A DNA stretch of 64,000 bases from Desulfobacterales bacterium (GTDB lineage: Bacteria; Desulfobacterota; Desulfobacteria; Desulfobacterales; UBA5852). Within the stretch, counting starts at the first letter, position 1, and each line of letters opens with the position of its first letter. Below, one piece after another: positions 19,353-30,443 of the stretch. Location: NCBI GenBank assembly GCA_963674755.2, contig CAXXVS010000003.1:1824001-1888000 (forward strand), written 5' to 3'. Position numbers and translations under genes: made by a program. The notes below the pieces were generated by a model that saw only the letters and a list, made by a program, of their open reading frames with translations, searched no databases and had not been told where the DNA came from.

Positions 19353-20999
19353 ATGTTTTGTTTTCAGTGTCAGGAAACTGCTAAAAATCAAGGCTGCACA
19401 GTGAAAGGTGTGTGCGGCAAACCCGAGGAAACGGCGGATCTTCAGGATTTGCTCATTTACATCTGCAAAGGAATTGCAGTTTACGGGGAAAAATTGAAGG
19501 AAAAAGGAACGGTTGACAAAGATGCCGGGCGCTTCATTTGTGAAGCCCTTTTCACCACCATCACCAACGTGGCCTGGGATGATGATGTCATCGTAGACAG
19601 AGTCAAGCAAGCCCTCAAGGTTCGAGATACCGTTAAGGGAAAGCTTGGGAGTGACATTCTCAGCGCCCTTCCGGATTGCGCCACTTGGACTGCGACCGAC
19701 AAACAGGCGATCATCGACAAGGCCTTGTCCGATGAGGTTCGCATTACGACCACTCAAAACGAGGATGTGCGGTCCCTGAGGGAACTGTTGGTTATCGGCA
19801 GCAAGGGGATCGCCGCCTATGCCGATCATGCCGCGATTCTCGGACATGAAAAGGATGACATCTATGGTTTTCTCATTGAGGCCCTGGCATCCACCACCAA
19901 GGATCTTTCAGTGGATGACATGATTGCTATGGTCATGAAGGCTGGCGAAGCTGCCGTCAACACCATGGCCCTCCTGGACGAAGCCAATACAACGGCTTAC
20001 GGCAATCCCGAAATCACAGAGGTTAACATCGGCGTAAGGAAGAATCCCGGCATCCTGATTTCCGGTCATGATTTGAAGGACATGGAAGAGCTGCTCAAAC
20101 AAACCGAGGGAACCGGTGTGGACGTCTACACCCACGGCGAGATGCTGCCGGCCAACACCTATCCGGCTTTCAAGAAATATGATCATTTCGTGGGCAATTA
20201 CGGTGGCTCCTGGTGGCACCAAAACAAGGATTTCGAATCCTTCAACGGCGCCATCCTTCTTACCACCAACTGCTTGATCCCGACCAAGAAGGACAACACC
20301 TATCTGGATAGACTCTTTACCACAGGCGTGGTCAACTACCCGGCAGCCGAACATATTGCCAACAGGCCTGCGGGCGGTGCAAAGGATTTTTCCGCTGTCG
20401 TTGAACGGGCCAAGCAATGTGCGCCTCCTCAAGAAATCGAGTCCGGCAATATCGTGACCGGCTTCGCGCATCATCAGGTTCTGGCCCTGGCGGACAAGGT
20501 AATCGATGCTGTCAAATCAGGCGCCATCAAGCGTTTTGTCGTCATGGCCGGCTGCGACGGACGGCAAAAGTCACGCAGTTACTTCACCGAGGTGGCCGAA
20601 AGCCTGCCCAAGGACACCGTAATCCTCACCGCTGGATGTGCAAAATACCGCTACAACAAACTTGCCCTGGGCGACATTGGCGGCATCCCCCGGGTTCTGG
20701 ATGCAGGCCAGTGCAACGACAGCTATTCTCTGGCGGTGATCGCCCTGAAGCTCAAGGAAGCGTTCGGCCTCGACGACATCAATCAGTTGCCCATCTCCTA
20801 CGACATCGCATGGTATGAGCAGAAAGCCGTAGCCGTGCTGCTGGCCCTGCTGTCCCTCAATGTCCAGGGCATTCGGTTGGGGCCGACCCTGCCTGCCTTC
20901 CTGTCGCCCAATGTGGCCAAGGTCTTGGTGGAGAAGTTCGATATTAAACCCATCGGTACTGTTGCGGAAGACGTCGCGGCCATGATGGCCGGCAAATAG
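19353..20999 (+). CDS. hcp: Hybrid cluster protein (hydroxylamine/NO reductase)
   Basis: [46 protein letters not shown]. Confidence 0.97.
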   Translation: MFCFQCQETAKNQGCTVKGVCGKPEETADLQDLLIYICKGIAVYGEKLKEKGTVDKDAGRFICEALFTTITNVAWDDDVIVDRVKQALKVRDTVKGKLGSDILSALPDCATWTATDKQAIIDKALSDEVRITTTQNEDVRSLRELLVIGSKGIAAYADHAAILGHEKDDIYGFLIEALASTTKDLSVDDMIAMVMKAGEAAVNTMALLDEANTTAYGNPEITEVNIGVRKNPGILISGHDLKDMEELLKQTEGTGVDVYTHGEMLPANTYPAFKKYDHFVGNYGGSWWHQNKDFESFNGAILLTTNCLIPTKKDNTYLDRLFTTGVVNYPAAEHIANRPAGGAKDFSAVVERAKQCAPPQEIESGNIVTGFAHHQVLALADKVIDAVKSGAIKRFVVMAGCDGRQKSRSYFTEVAESLPKDTVILTAGCAKYRYNKLALGDIGGIPRVLDAGQCNDSYSLAVIALKLKEAFGLDDINQLPISYDIAWYEQKAVAVLLALLSLNVQGIRLGPTLPAFLSPNVAKVLVEKFDIKPIGTVAEDVAAMMAGK

Positions 21000-21132
21000 C
21001 TATAATCGGCCTGCGTGTTTGTTCTCTATGGAAGGACACGCAGGTCTGGCTTGTTATAGCGAAAGCGATACCGAATCCCGATTACCAGCGGCATTTGGTT
21101 GCAAAATCAGTGGATGGAGCGATCCTTTCGAC

Positions 21133-22245
21133 ATGAAAAGATTTTTTATCAGATCTCTTGCGGTAATCCTGGTGGTCATTGTGATTATAGGCGCTGCCTT
21201 GCTCGTACACCATCGCAAAGCCCAACTCGCAAACCAACCCGCACCGCCCACGCGACCCATTGCCGTTATCGCCAAATATGCACAATGGGGACGTCTATCT
21301 GTAAAACGACATTATCTCGGGACCATCAAACCCGAAGCCGAGGCCGTGCTCTCGGCTCAGACCACGGGCTATGTCACGGCGTTGTACAAGGATGTGGGTG
21401 ACCGGATGCGAAAAGGCGAGGTGGCGGCGGAGATTGACACGCGACTTTCAAAGGCAAAGGAAAAGGCCCTCGTTGCAGAACTGGCCGGGGCACGGGAAGA
21501 TCTGGCGACCAAAGAAATCATCCGCAACCGTCGCCGGGAGCTGATCCGCGACCGGATCGTTTCCCAGGAAACGCTGGACGAAGCCGAGCTGGCGGCAAAT
21601 TTGGCCGCCAGCCGCGTCCGACGTTTGGAACAGGATCTTTCGGCCGCGACCATCTCACTGTCTTTCTCCCGTATGGAATCATTTTTTGACGGGATCGTTA
21701 CCGAACGTATGAAGGCTATTGGAGATCTGGCTACAACCGGAACACCGGTTTTCAGGGTGGAGAACCCGGATCGGGGATACAAAGTTCTGTTCCAGGTGCC
21801 ACAGGATACAGCCGCCATCCTTGCTCGAAACGCCCCAGTTCGATTAACTCACGGAAGCAATAGCCTTGAAACGATCGTCGACCGTGTTCACCCGGCCATT
21901 GTGTCTGGAAACTTGGCAACCGTGGAAATCAAATCCCAGTTCCGTCCCTTCGGTCTGCCCAGTTACGGTGTGGTGGGTTTGGACCTGACCGTGGCCGAAC
22001 CCGAGGGATGGATTGTGGATGCGGACTGCCTTCTGGAAACGGGTATGGAGACCCTGATATTCCCGATGGACGATAGCATGACGGTATCGCCGCTAGTTGT
22101 AACCGTGCGGGGGCGCTCTGGGTCTCGGGTCGTTGTGGACGGCCCCCTGACTGAAGGGAGGGCACTTGCCGCCGGCCCGGAATCCATGCTGTTAATGCTG
22201 CGGGATGGGGTTCGCGTTCTTCCGGTTTCCGGAGGCGCGCAGTGA
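21133..22245 (+). CDS. RND efflux periplasmic adaptor (membrane fusion protein)
   Basis: N-terminal TM, lipoyl-like halves (TGYVTALYKDVGD; FDGIVT), coiled-coil hairpin; overlaps the RND permease start. Confidence 0.85.
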   Translation: MKRFFIRSLAVILVVIVIIGAALLVHHRKAQLANQPAPPTRPIAVIAKYAQWGRLSVKRHYLGTIKPEAEAVLSAQTTGYVTALYKDVGDRMRKGEVAAEIDTRLSKAKEKALVAELAGAREDLATKEIIRNRRRELIRDRIVSQETLDEAELAANLAASRVRRLEQDLSAATISLSFSRMESFFDGIVTERMKAIGDLATTGTPVFRVENPDRGYKVLFQVPQDTAAILARNAPVRLTHGSNSLETIVDRVHPAIVSGNLATVEIKSQFRPFGLPSYGVVGLDLTVAEPEGWIVDADCLLETGMETLIFPMDDSMTVSPLVVTVRGRSGSRVVVDGPLTEGRALAAGPESMLLMLRDGVRVLPVSGGAQ

Positions 22246-25200
22246 ACTGGGTGGAAGCTTACCTAAAAAAGCCCCATGCCATCATTGCTTTGCTTTTATT
22301 GGGGACTGCTTTCGGCGTTATTGGGTTCAAGACTCTGCCACTGAACCTGTTCCCGGATTCCAATTATCCCCAGGTTTCGGTATTGCTCAACTGGCCCGGG
22401 GCGGCCGCCGAGGACATGGCGGACAAGGTGTCCCGGCAGGCGGAAAAAGAATTGGCCACCCTTGACAAGGTCCGGACGATCAAGGCCACCATCCGGGATG
22501 AAACGGCTGCCATTCGGGTGGAATTCGATTATGCCAAATCGCTGGACGCAGCTGTGACGGATGTCAATGCGGCTCTAAACCGGATTCTACCAAGTCTTCC
22601 GCCCGAGCTTCGGCCGCCCAGAATTTTCAGGGTCAGCGATGCCACCGCGCCGGTACAAACCCTTGCGGTATCTCCTGCCCGGGGGGCGTTTCTGACGTTG
22701 GCCAAGGTCCGCCAGATCTGCGACAATGAACTCCAAGAAGCCCTCCTTCGCGTCCCGGGGATTGCGGATGTGGAGGTTTTCGGAGGATATATTCCTGAGA
22801 TCCGCCTCTTGATTAAACGGGACCGCCTGGCGCGATACGGGCTTTCTGCGGACCAAGTAGCATCGGCGGTCTATACCCATAATCGCAATATCCCGAGCGG
22901 AATGCTTCTCTCGCGTTCCAGAGAGCAGGTCATCACCATCCGCGGCGAACGGTCGTTGCGCCAGAATATCGAGAACATCGTTCTCGCTCGTGACAGCCGG
23001 GATGGAGCAATTTATGTGCGGGACGTGGCCGACGTCGTCACCGCCGTCGAAGAGCGGCGGTCCCTTTTCAGGGGCAACGGCCAACCGGCCATCGGGCTCA
23101 ATATCCTGCGTGGTGAAGGGGAGGCGGTAACCGGAGCATTGTCGGCCTTAGAGAAGGCCCTGCCCGACATCCGGGCGTCCTTTCCGGATCTGGTGTTTGA
23201 AGTCGCCGATACGCAGGGCGAATTGATCGAAACCTCCGTATCCAATCTGATCGGCGCTCTGCGGGACGCCGTGATCCTGACGGTCATGGTCATTTTCCTG
23301 ATCCTGGCCCGCATCCGCACCACGTTTCTGGCGGCTGTGTCCATTCCATTCACATTTTTCATGACCTTCGCCGGCATGAAGCTTATCGGATACGAGCTCA
23401 ACATCGTCACCATGACCGCCATCATCCTGGCGGTGGGACTCCTGGTGGACGACGCCATTGTAGTGATCGAGAACATCGATCGCCATGCGGCAGCGGGGAA
23501 CAAATCCCTTTTCCAGGCATCGGTGGACGGCACCCGGGAGATTTTTCTGGCGGATTTCGCGGGCACGGCCACGACGCTGGCTGTGTTGATTCCCATTATG
23601 TTCGTTGGCGGCTATTCCCAGAAAATTCTACGCCCCCTTGCCGTGGTGCTGTCTCTGGCCCTCTTCTCATCCTATGTCGTGTCCGTAACCGTTATCCCCC
23701 TGCTAGCCCCGAGGCTTATGAAAGCTGGTCAGGGCGCCAACCGGTTGGAGCGGATGCTTGAAAAATTTTCTGCGCTCTGGCTTCTTCCCCTGCAACGCTT
23801 TTTTATTCGCTGCTTTCGTCTGTCCACGGGAAAATGGGGATGGCTCCTACCCACTTTGATGCTGGGACTGCTCCTGATCAGCTTGCGGCAAATGCCTTTA
23901 GCCGGGCGGGATCTTATGCCGCCCATGGATACAGGCATCGTCAAAATTGACTTTGAAGTTTGGCCCAACAGCCCGGTTGCCATAATCGATCAGGTCGTAG
24001 CGGAGATGGAAAAGCAAATTATGGCCGTTCCGGGCTTTGTCCGCATGGCAACAGTGGTCGGGGCCGAGCCCGGCGTGATCAGCTTCGGTGCGGATCGGAC
24101 GCCCCAGGAAGGATTGATAACGGTCCATTTTCAGAACCGGTTTGAACGGGATCAATCCATCTGGCAAATCGAGGCCGGCCTTCGGGAATCCCTTTCAAGA
24201 CTGCCAGGTCTCAAACGAGCCGATGTCTATGACTACGGGGCAACCCCCTTGTCTTCCATCGCGGCGCCGATCGACGTCATGATTTCCGGGCCGGATTCCC
24301 GTTTGTTGGACCGTCTGGCCGTCGGGGCCAAGCAACGGCTGCGCACCGTCCGCGGGCTGACGAGTGTTTCCCGTTCTTGGGACTGGTCCAAAAAGGAAAT
24401 TGCCATAACTCTGGATGAAGCGCGGTTGGCCCGGTACGGATTATCCCCTGTGGATGTGTCTTCCATGATTATAACGGCCACCACGGGCCGAGTGGCGTCG
24501 CACTTCAGCATTGCGGCTCAGGATGGATATCATGTTCGGCTGCGCTTTATACCGGATGACATGACCGCCATCGCCGACCTTGAAACCCTTCAGGTCGTCG
24601 GGCAGCAGGGGGCTGTTCCGCTTGCGGACATCGCCGAAATTCGTCAGGATTTTCGTCAGTCCCGGATCACCCGCCAAGGCCTCTCGCCGGTGGTCGATGT
24701 CCGAGGGTATCGGGATCGGACAGCCATTACACACCTTCAGGACCAAGTGCAGACCGCGCTTGCCGATATGCCGCTTTCCGCCGGATACCGTATCTCCCAG
24801 GAAGGTGAAATCCGACAGATGAAGGAAAGCTTTGCCGAACTCGGTCTGGCCATGGGACTGGCGATATTGTTCCTGTATTTCTCGATGGTGGTTACCTTTA
24901 GCTCTTATCTGCAACCCGTTATCATCATGAGTGCCATCCCTTTGGCATTTATCGGCGTCCCATGGGGCATGCTGCTGCTCGAGCGCCATTTCTGCATGCC
25001 GGCAGCCATGGGCATGATTCTGCTTGGCGGTATTGTCGTCAACAATTCCATCATACTGGTGGATTTTATCGAAAGAAGCAGGGCCGAAGGAAAGTCGCTT
25101 CAGGTTGCCATTGAGGCAGCTATATCCCGAAGGACCCGCCCGATTCTGATGACAGCGTTAAGCACGGTGGCTGGCATGCTGCCGGTGGCGGCACAATCCG

Positions 25201-25364
25201 CCGTAGGACTCGAGCGGCTTTCGCCGCTAGCCGTAGTGGCCATCGCCGGACTTCTGGTATCAACTTTTCTTACCCTTGCGTGGATTCCGGCGCTGTATGC
25301 CGGGGTTGATCGGCTAAAGACTAAATTGCGGCAATCAAGGGATAGGGCAATATCTCTTCAATAA
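22242..25364 (+). CDS. AcrB/AcrD/AcrF-family RND permease
   Basis: 1040 aa; LPLNLFP, WPGAAAE, GLLVDDAIVVIENI, GIVVNNSIILVDF, RTRPILMTA. Confidence 0.95.
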   Translation: MNWVEAYLKKPHAIIALLLLGTAFGVIGFKTLPLNLFPDSNYPQVSVLLNWPGAAAEDMADKVSRQAEKELATLDKVRTIKATIRDETAAIRVEFDYAKSLDAAVTDVNAALNRILPSLPPELRPPRIFRVSDATAPVQTLAVSPARGAFLTLAKVRQICDNELQEALLRVPGIADVEVFGGYIPEIRLLIKRDRLARYGLSADQVASAVYTHNRNIPSGMLLSRSREQVITIRGERSLRQNIENIVLARDSRDGAIYVRDVADVVTAVEERRSLFRGNGQPAIGLNILRGEGEAVTGALSALEKALPDIRASFPDLVFEVADTQGELIETSVSNLIGALRDAVILTVMVIFLILARIRTTFLAAVSIPFTFFMTFAGMKLIGYELNIVTMTAIILAVGLLVDDAIVVIENIDRHAAAGNKSLFQASVDGTREIFLADFAGTATTLAVLIPIMFVGGYSQKILRPLAVVLSLALFSSYVVSVTVIPLLAPRLMKAGQGANRLERMLEKFSALWLLPLQRFFIRCFRLSTGKWGWLLPTLMLGLLLISLRQMPLAGRDLMPPMDTGIVKIDFEVWPNSPVAIIDQVVAEMEKQIMAVPGFVRMATVVGAEPGVISFGADRTPQEGLITVHFQNRFERDQSIWQIEAGLRESLSRLPGLKRADVYDYGATPLSSIAAPIDVMISGPDSRLLDRLAVGAKQRLRTVRGLTSVSRSWDWSKKEIAITLDEARLARYGLSPVDVSSMIITATTGRVASHFSIAAQDGYHVRLRFIPDDMTAIADLETLQVVGQQGAVPLADIAEIRQDFRQSRITRQGLSPVVDVRGYRDRTAITHLQDQVQTALADMPLSAGYRISQEGEIRQMKESFAELGLAMGLAILFLYFSMVVTFSSYLQPVIIMSAIPLAFIGVPWGMLLLERHFCMPAAMGMILLGGIVVNNSIILVDFIERSRAEGKSLQVAIEAAISRRTRPILMTALSTVAGMLPVAAQSAVGLERLSPLAVVAIAGLLVSTFLTLAWIPALYAGVDRLKTKLRQSRDRAISLQ

Positions 25365-25773
25365 AAGCAGAATCTATTTGGCCGAACAGAGCAACCATTT
25401 CCTAAGTGCTATGCAAACTTCTGGGAAACATGCAACAAGGTAAGGGACAAAGTTTGAGATTAGGTATGATATCAACAGCGGTAATCACGTTAAAACTCAA
25501 TAAATTCTTCTCTCTTGATGTCACCAACTATTAGCTTATCGCATACTGTATCGTTTGGAACATATAAAAAGCTGTAATCGGGCTATTGGCCCTATAACCA
25601 TCAATGGACAGCGCTTCTACGATGACCGAGCTTATCAGTCTTCCTGTCGACCAATGTGGTTAAATTGTTTCCTGAGAGATTCGACATCAAGCTAATGACA
25701 TAGGCACTCTTGGGATAGAAGTGGTATCCATAAAAGCAGGCAACTAACCGAACTAGATACCAGTGGTTCATCT

Positions 25774-25810
25774 AAAAAGCTCCGCTCTTTTAATGGAGAG
25801 CGGAGCTTTA
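25774..25810 (-). terminator. Intrinsic terminator after the multiheme cytochrome gene
   Basis: 13-bp stem AAAGCTCCGCTCT / AGAGCGGAGCTTT ending in a T-run on the minus strand, just past stop 25837. Confidence 0.8.
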
Positions 25811-25836
25811 AATTTCATAGATAAATATGCGATTCG

Positions 25837-27221
25837 TTATTTACCAAATATTTTCGGCGGGCGGGTGGTATCGCCGGTGGCATTGGGGAAATCTTCGGCG
25901 ATGTAAGCCTTCTGACCCGTTTCGATCAGGTGGTTGGCCTCTTCCATAAAATTGGCAAACCGGAATTTGCACTCGTAGAAACCATGCCACCAGGCGTAGT
26001 CCGGGGCCATCATCATGGTGTCCATGCGGGCCCGCCGGCCCTCGTGGTGCCAGAGTTCGTAGTACTCCACCTCGAGGCGCTCGTCGAAATACTTGGTCTT
26101 GTCGAGTAGCCCCTTCTCGTAGAGCTCATCCAGCTTGGCTTTGGCCGGTTTGAAGTAGACCTCGTTGTATTCCTCCACGGCCTTGTCGAATCCGCCGTAG
26201 AAATCGTTGATCCAGGACTCGCCGTGGCAGGCACTGCAAACGTTCTTCATCTTCTGGCGTTCGTCCTGCCAGTTGGTGCCCGGAAGGCCGCGAAGTCCTG
26301 GGGGCGGATCGTCAGCGGCGCCTGGGTTTCCCAGGACAGGCCGGAGGTGACGTCGTGGCTGGTAGGTTCTTTTCCCGTGCCGGACATGTGGCAGGCCGCG
26401 CAGGTGGGCGCCCGGTAGTCCACACCAGGCGTCCAGGTGCCGCCGGCCGCATCGAAATTGAATTCATCCTTGTAGGCGTGGTAGATCGTGCCGTGCTTGG
26501 ATTCGTTGTAGATTTCGATTTGGGGATGGTCCGGCCCCAGGAGGCACTGGTCGCAGGCCTCGGGCATGCGGGCCTCGGCCACCGAGAACCGGTGCCGGGT
26601 ATGGCAAGAGGTGCAGGAGCCCTTGCTGCCGTCCAGGTTGAGCCGCCCGACCCCGACATTGGGCCAGGTGGCCGAATCGATTTTGCCCTTGTCATCGACC
26701 GCGATCACCGTGCCATGACAGCTGAAGCAGCCTGTCTTGCGTTCGTTTGCCGAATTCATGCCCTTGTTCAGCCAGGGATCGATCTTCCAGATGATCTCGA
26801 TGGTGTTGGCGTGCTTGGACTTGCTGTACTGCATGGCCTCATCCGGATGGCAGCGGGAGCAATCTTTGGGGGTCACAATGGCCGCAACGGGCATCTTGTA
26901 CTTGGCCTCCCCCCAGGGCAGGTCGGACCGGCTGTAATATTGCTCATGCGCCTGGGCGATGTCCTGGTCGCCAGGCTGGACCAGGTGGCAGTCCAGGCAG
27001 GTGATGTTGGCGTTGGCATGCCGGCTTTTGGCCCAATCGGCAAATACCCCGGGTGTCGCCACCCGGTGGCACTCGACACAGGCCTGGGCTTCCGGCGGCA
27101 CGCTGCGCTCGATCCGATATTCCTTGACGGTGGGGAAATTGGGCTGCTGGGCCAGGGCCGCAAATGCACACAAGCCGACGGCCAGCAGTCCGATTGTAAG
27201 AACCAGCAATGGTCGCCTCAT
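25837..27221 (-). pseudogene. Periplasmic octaheme cytochrome c of the HAO-like family (candidate ammonifying nitrite/hydroxylamine reductase), frameshifted
   Basis: Signal peptide; seven CxxCH plus a broken CDQCL before LGPDHPQIEIYNESKHG; WPNVGVGR, YELWHHEGRRARM, APDYAWWHG; frameshift near 26280 (TTC CG GGC ACC AAC TGG). Confidence 0.85.
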
Positions 27222-27294
27222 GGGTCCCGCTCCTTTCGGTTGACGATAAAAAGACGTATTAAAACCGATATGGATGAAAAGCCTTTTAAGGCCC

Positions 27295-27864
27295 TTAAAG
27301 CTGTTTAAGTCCCTTGGCCTGGTAAGGGATCCGGCGCGTCTGACGGAACATGACCAGCCCCCTCTCGGAATGAACCAGGTCATAGTGGCAGTCGACACAT
27401 TTCTTTTCATAACCGGGCCGGGCATAGAGCACCGCGCGGTGGGCCAACATGGCGCCCCGCTGGGTGGGCATGTACAGCAGGTTGCGGTGGCATTTCTGGC
27501 ACTGGTCGTTGTGGAAACTGGCATAGGCCGCTTCACGGTTTTTTTCGGGGTCGTAGGAGTCCATGGTAAAGTGCTTCACCACGTCCTTGGCGCCGTGATA
27601 GGTTTTGGCAAAAAAGAACTGGAAGGTATCCTGGGGCGCGGGCAGGTGGCAGTCCATGCAATCCACCACGACCCCGGCGCTGTTGTTGGTGTGGGTGGAG
27701 GACCGCCAGGCCACCACGGCCGGTTTGATCTCGTGGCACGAGGCGCAGAATTCCGGGGTGGAGGTACGCACCATGGTGTAGTAGGTCATGCTGAAAGGAG
27801 GGAAAGCAATGATAATTCCGGTAAAGATAAGAATGGCTGGGAGAAGATGGCGTTAGCCTGAGAC
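27295..27864 (-). pseudogene. NapC/NirT-family tetraheme quinol dehydrogenase with damaged 5' end
   Basis: CASCHE, CMDCH, CQKCH, CVDCH; the in-frame TM helix upstream of ATG 27789 is preceded by GGAGAG..GTC TCA GGC TAA (lost start and nonsense codon at 27853-27855). Confidence 0.8.
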
Positions 27865-27923
27865 GGTACTCTCTCCGATAGACCCAAAGATCATGAAGCA
27901 ACAGGGCGTGAGGAAGAAAATAG

Positions 27924-28174
27924 ACATCCTATGTGGATGATCTGCTCGACCGGGAGTGCGATTATGTCGTCACCCTGTACGGGCACGCCCACGAGACCTG
28001 CCGATGTTTCCACGCAAGGTAACCAAAATCCATGTCGGGTTTGACGATCCGGCGCGCCTTGCCATAGCGGCCGGCTCGGAAGAGGAGACTTTAGCCCATT
28101 TCCGCCGGGTGCGAGATGAAATTCGTGCCTTTGTGGAGGGCCTGCCGGATAATCTTGTGCGTAGATCGTCTTAA
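27924..28174 (+). pseudogene. arsC: C-terminal relic of thioredoxin-coupled arsenate reductase (LMW-PTP family)
   Basis: [14 protein letters not shown] / [19 protein letters not shown] with a frameshift near 28002; N-terminal P-loop absent. Confidence 0.8.
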
Positions 28175-28203
28175 ATGCCCGATAATCCGCAAATCATTTG
28201 CTT

Positions 28204-28782
28204 TTATCGGTAGTAAATATCCCCCCGGCAGGCCGGACAGAACTCGCCGAAGCGCTCAGGGTAGAATTCGCCGCATTCCGGACAGGCGCGGGTGGGTACG
28301 GGCAGGTCGTTCTTTAAGGATTTCAGCAGACGCACCCTGCGGCAGGGCAGCAGATCGCTTTCCGCCGCGAGGATTTCCGCCGCCATGTCGTCAAAGGGCG
28401 GTTTGGGTCTTCCATTGCGGTTGCGTTCAAACCAGGTCTTGATCAAAGGGTAGCCTTTCAGCCGCTCCGGATTCAACCAGGCCCGAACGCCTTCCAGGGT
28501 CGTCCGGTCGTAGGCCGTCACCGCAAATTTTCCCCAATCCAGAATCTGAAGGAAGCCGTTGCCCGTGGTGCATCCCGAGAGCATCTGCACGGCGTCGGGC
28601 AAGCACACCACGGTTTCGGAGACCATGTTGAGATAGGGGGTGTCCCCTAACTCGTGGAGCGCCTTCTCGATCATTCGGCTTCCAATGAGAATGCCGGGCG
28701 AACGGTAGCCGTGGAACTCTTCGATCTTTAGAACCAGTTCATCGATGGCGATTCCGCAAATCGATGTGACCGCTTGGGCCAT
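28204..28782 (-). CDS. FmdE-family protein with C-terminal Zn ribbon
   Basis: FHGYRSPG, SETVVCLPDAVQ, CTTGNG, WGKFA, CPEC..CPAC; paralogue of 11413..12021. Confidence 0.85.
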   Translation of the reverse strand: MAQAVTSICGIAIDELVLKIEEFHGYRSPGILIGSRMIEKALHELGDTPYLNMVSETVVCLPDAVQMLSGCTTGNGFLQILDWGKFAVTAYDRTTLEGVRAWLNPERLKGYPLIKTWFERNRNGRPKPPFDDMAAEILAAESDLLPCRRVRLLKSLKNDLPVPTRACPECGEFYPERFGEFCPACRGDIYYR

Positions 28783-28862
28783 GACGCATCCTTTCGTTTT
28801 GGGGCGCAGGCGATTTCCGGATAATCGCCTGCCCGGGCCCGTTTCAAGTCTTCTACGAGTTG

Positions 28863-29438
28863 CTAAAGCCCTGCGCAGACGATCGCGTCGTTGGCCCGAA
28901 GGGAGAATCGTTTTTCAATAAAATCGGCCAACGCACAAATTTCGTCCAGCCCGTAAAAGGGCACGCCCCAATCCAGGGCGGCATCGCTGACGACCGCCAG
29001 CAGATGGGGGTCGTTCCTGCAGACCGGCTCCGGATTGGCCGCCGGACGATAGATTTCGATCTTGGGATGCGTGCCCCGTTTAAACCCCTCGGCCAGGACC
29101 AGATCGATGTCCGGCAGCATGCCCACCAGTTCCTCCAGGCGATGGTCGCGATCCACATCCCGCACCATGCCGATCTGATGCGGCGAGGCGATCATGCTGA
29201 CAACCGCACCGGCGCGCTTATGTCGCCAGCTGTCCTTGCCGGGTTGGTCCATTTCAAAGCCGTGGGAATCGTGTTTGATGGACCCGATACGCAATCCCCG
29301 CCGAGTGAGTTCGTCGATGAGGCGTTCCATCAATGTGGTCTTGCCGGAGCCCGAAAAACCCACGATGGATAGATAGGGTACGGTGCGGCCCGTCTTTAGT
29401 ATGAACGCCTTGATATTATCGCAATCGGTCGGTGTCAT
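28863..29438 (-). CDS. mobB: Molybdopterin-guanine dinucleotide biosynthesis protein B
   Basis: GFSGSGKTTL, IKHDSHGFEMDQPGKDSWRH, EGFK. Confidence 0.93.
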   Translation of the reverse strand: MTPTDCDNIKAFILKTGRTVPYLSIVGFSGSGKTTLMERLIDELTRRGLRIGSIKHDSHGFEMDQPGKDSWRHKRAGAVVSMIASPHQIGMVRDVDRDHRLEELVGMLPDIDLVLAEGFKRGTHPKIEIYRPAANPEPVCRNDPHLLAVVSDAALDWGVPFYGLDEICALADFIEKRFSLRANDAIVCAGL

Positions 29439-29441
29439 GTC

Positions 29442-30443
29442 CTATCCTCCAATGGCGTACATGCCGCGTCGGGAGCGCAACCCTTGATCTGATCGGGTCT
29501 CATCGGTGAGGTGATGACGGCGCGGCTTTTGGGCGACGGACTGTTCCAGGATGCGGATCAGATCGTAGGAGTTGGCCCCGTCGCGCAGCGCGGTTTTCAC
29601 CTCCAGTTCCTCTTCCGAGAAGAGGCAATTGCGGATCTTACCGTCCACAGTGGTCCGTAACCGATTGCAACTGCAGCAAAAATGTCGGCTCAAAGGTGCG
29701 ATGAACCCCACTCGTCCCCTGGCACGGGGCAATCGGTACATCCGGGCCGGTCCTGTCCGATCCGCGGTCATACCCACCTTGGCGGCTTCCAGGGCCGGTA
29801 TGCGCGTCATCATTTCGTCCACAGGCATGAACCTTTCACGATAGACCGCCGGAGACCAGTGTTTGACCGGCATCAACTCGATGAAGCGTACATGCCAGGG
29901 ATTCTCGCGTGTAAGGTCGGCGAGGCGGGGAATTTCGTCATCGTTGATGCCTCGCATGACGACCACGTTCAGTTTGAGAGGCGTAAACCCCACCCGCTGG
30001 GCCTCCTCCAGTCCTGCCAAAACGTCATGCAGCCGATTGAATCCCGTGATGGCCTGGAATCTCTCTGGCCGCATGGTGTCGAGGCTGACATTGACCCGAC
30101 GGATGCCGGCCTCGAAGAGGTGGTCCGCCTTTTTTTCCAAAAGGAGGCCATTGGTCGTCAGGGCAAAATCCTGCAAGCCCTCGATGGCGCACAGACGGCG
30201 ACAGAACTCGACGATACCCTTTCGTACCAGGGGTTCACCGCCGGTGACGCGGATCTTGCGGATGCCGGCGGAGACCGCCGCCCGGGACAATGTCAAAAGC
30301 TCTTCATAGGTGAGAATGTCCCGGCGCGCCAGGTGCCGGCGTCCGGCCATGGGTGCGCAGTATCCGCACTGCAGGTTGCAACGGTCAGTGACCGAAAGGC
30401 GCAGATAGTCGATGACACGGCCGTAGGCATCGATCAAGGACAT
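29442..30443 (-). CDS. moaA: GTP 3',8-cyclase (radical SAM)
   Basis: YLRLSVTDRCNLQCGYC, TGGEPL, CCSCNRLR, C-terminal IGG. Confidence 0.96.
   Translation of the reverse strand: MSLIDAYGRVIDYLRLSVTDRCNLQCGYCAPMAGRRHLARRDILTYEELLTLSRAAVSAGIRKIRVTGGEPLVRKGIVEFCRRLCAIEGLQDFALTTNGLLLEKKADHLFEAGIRRVNVSLDTMRPERFQAITGFNRLHDVLAGLEEAQRVGFTPLKLNVVVMRGINDDEIPRLADLTRENPWHVRFIELMPVKHWSPAVYRERFMPVDEMMTRIPALEAAKVGMTADRTGPARMYRLPRARGRVGFIAPLSRHFCCSCNRLRTTVDGKIRNCLFSEEELEVKTALRDGANSYDLIRILEQSVAQKPRRHHLTDETRSDQGLRSRRGMYAIGG

Noticed and set aside
25400..25750. Possible gene relic in the AT-rich spacer
   Set aside because: Only short interrupted frames, no recognisable motif
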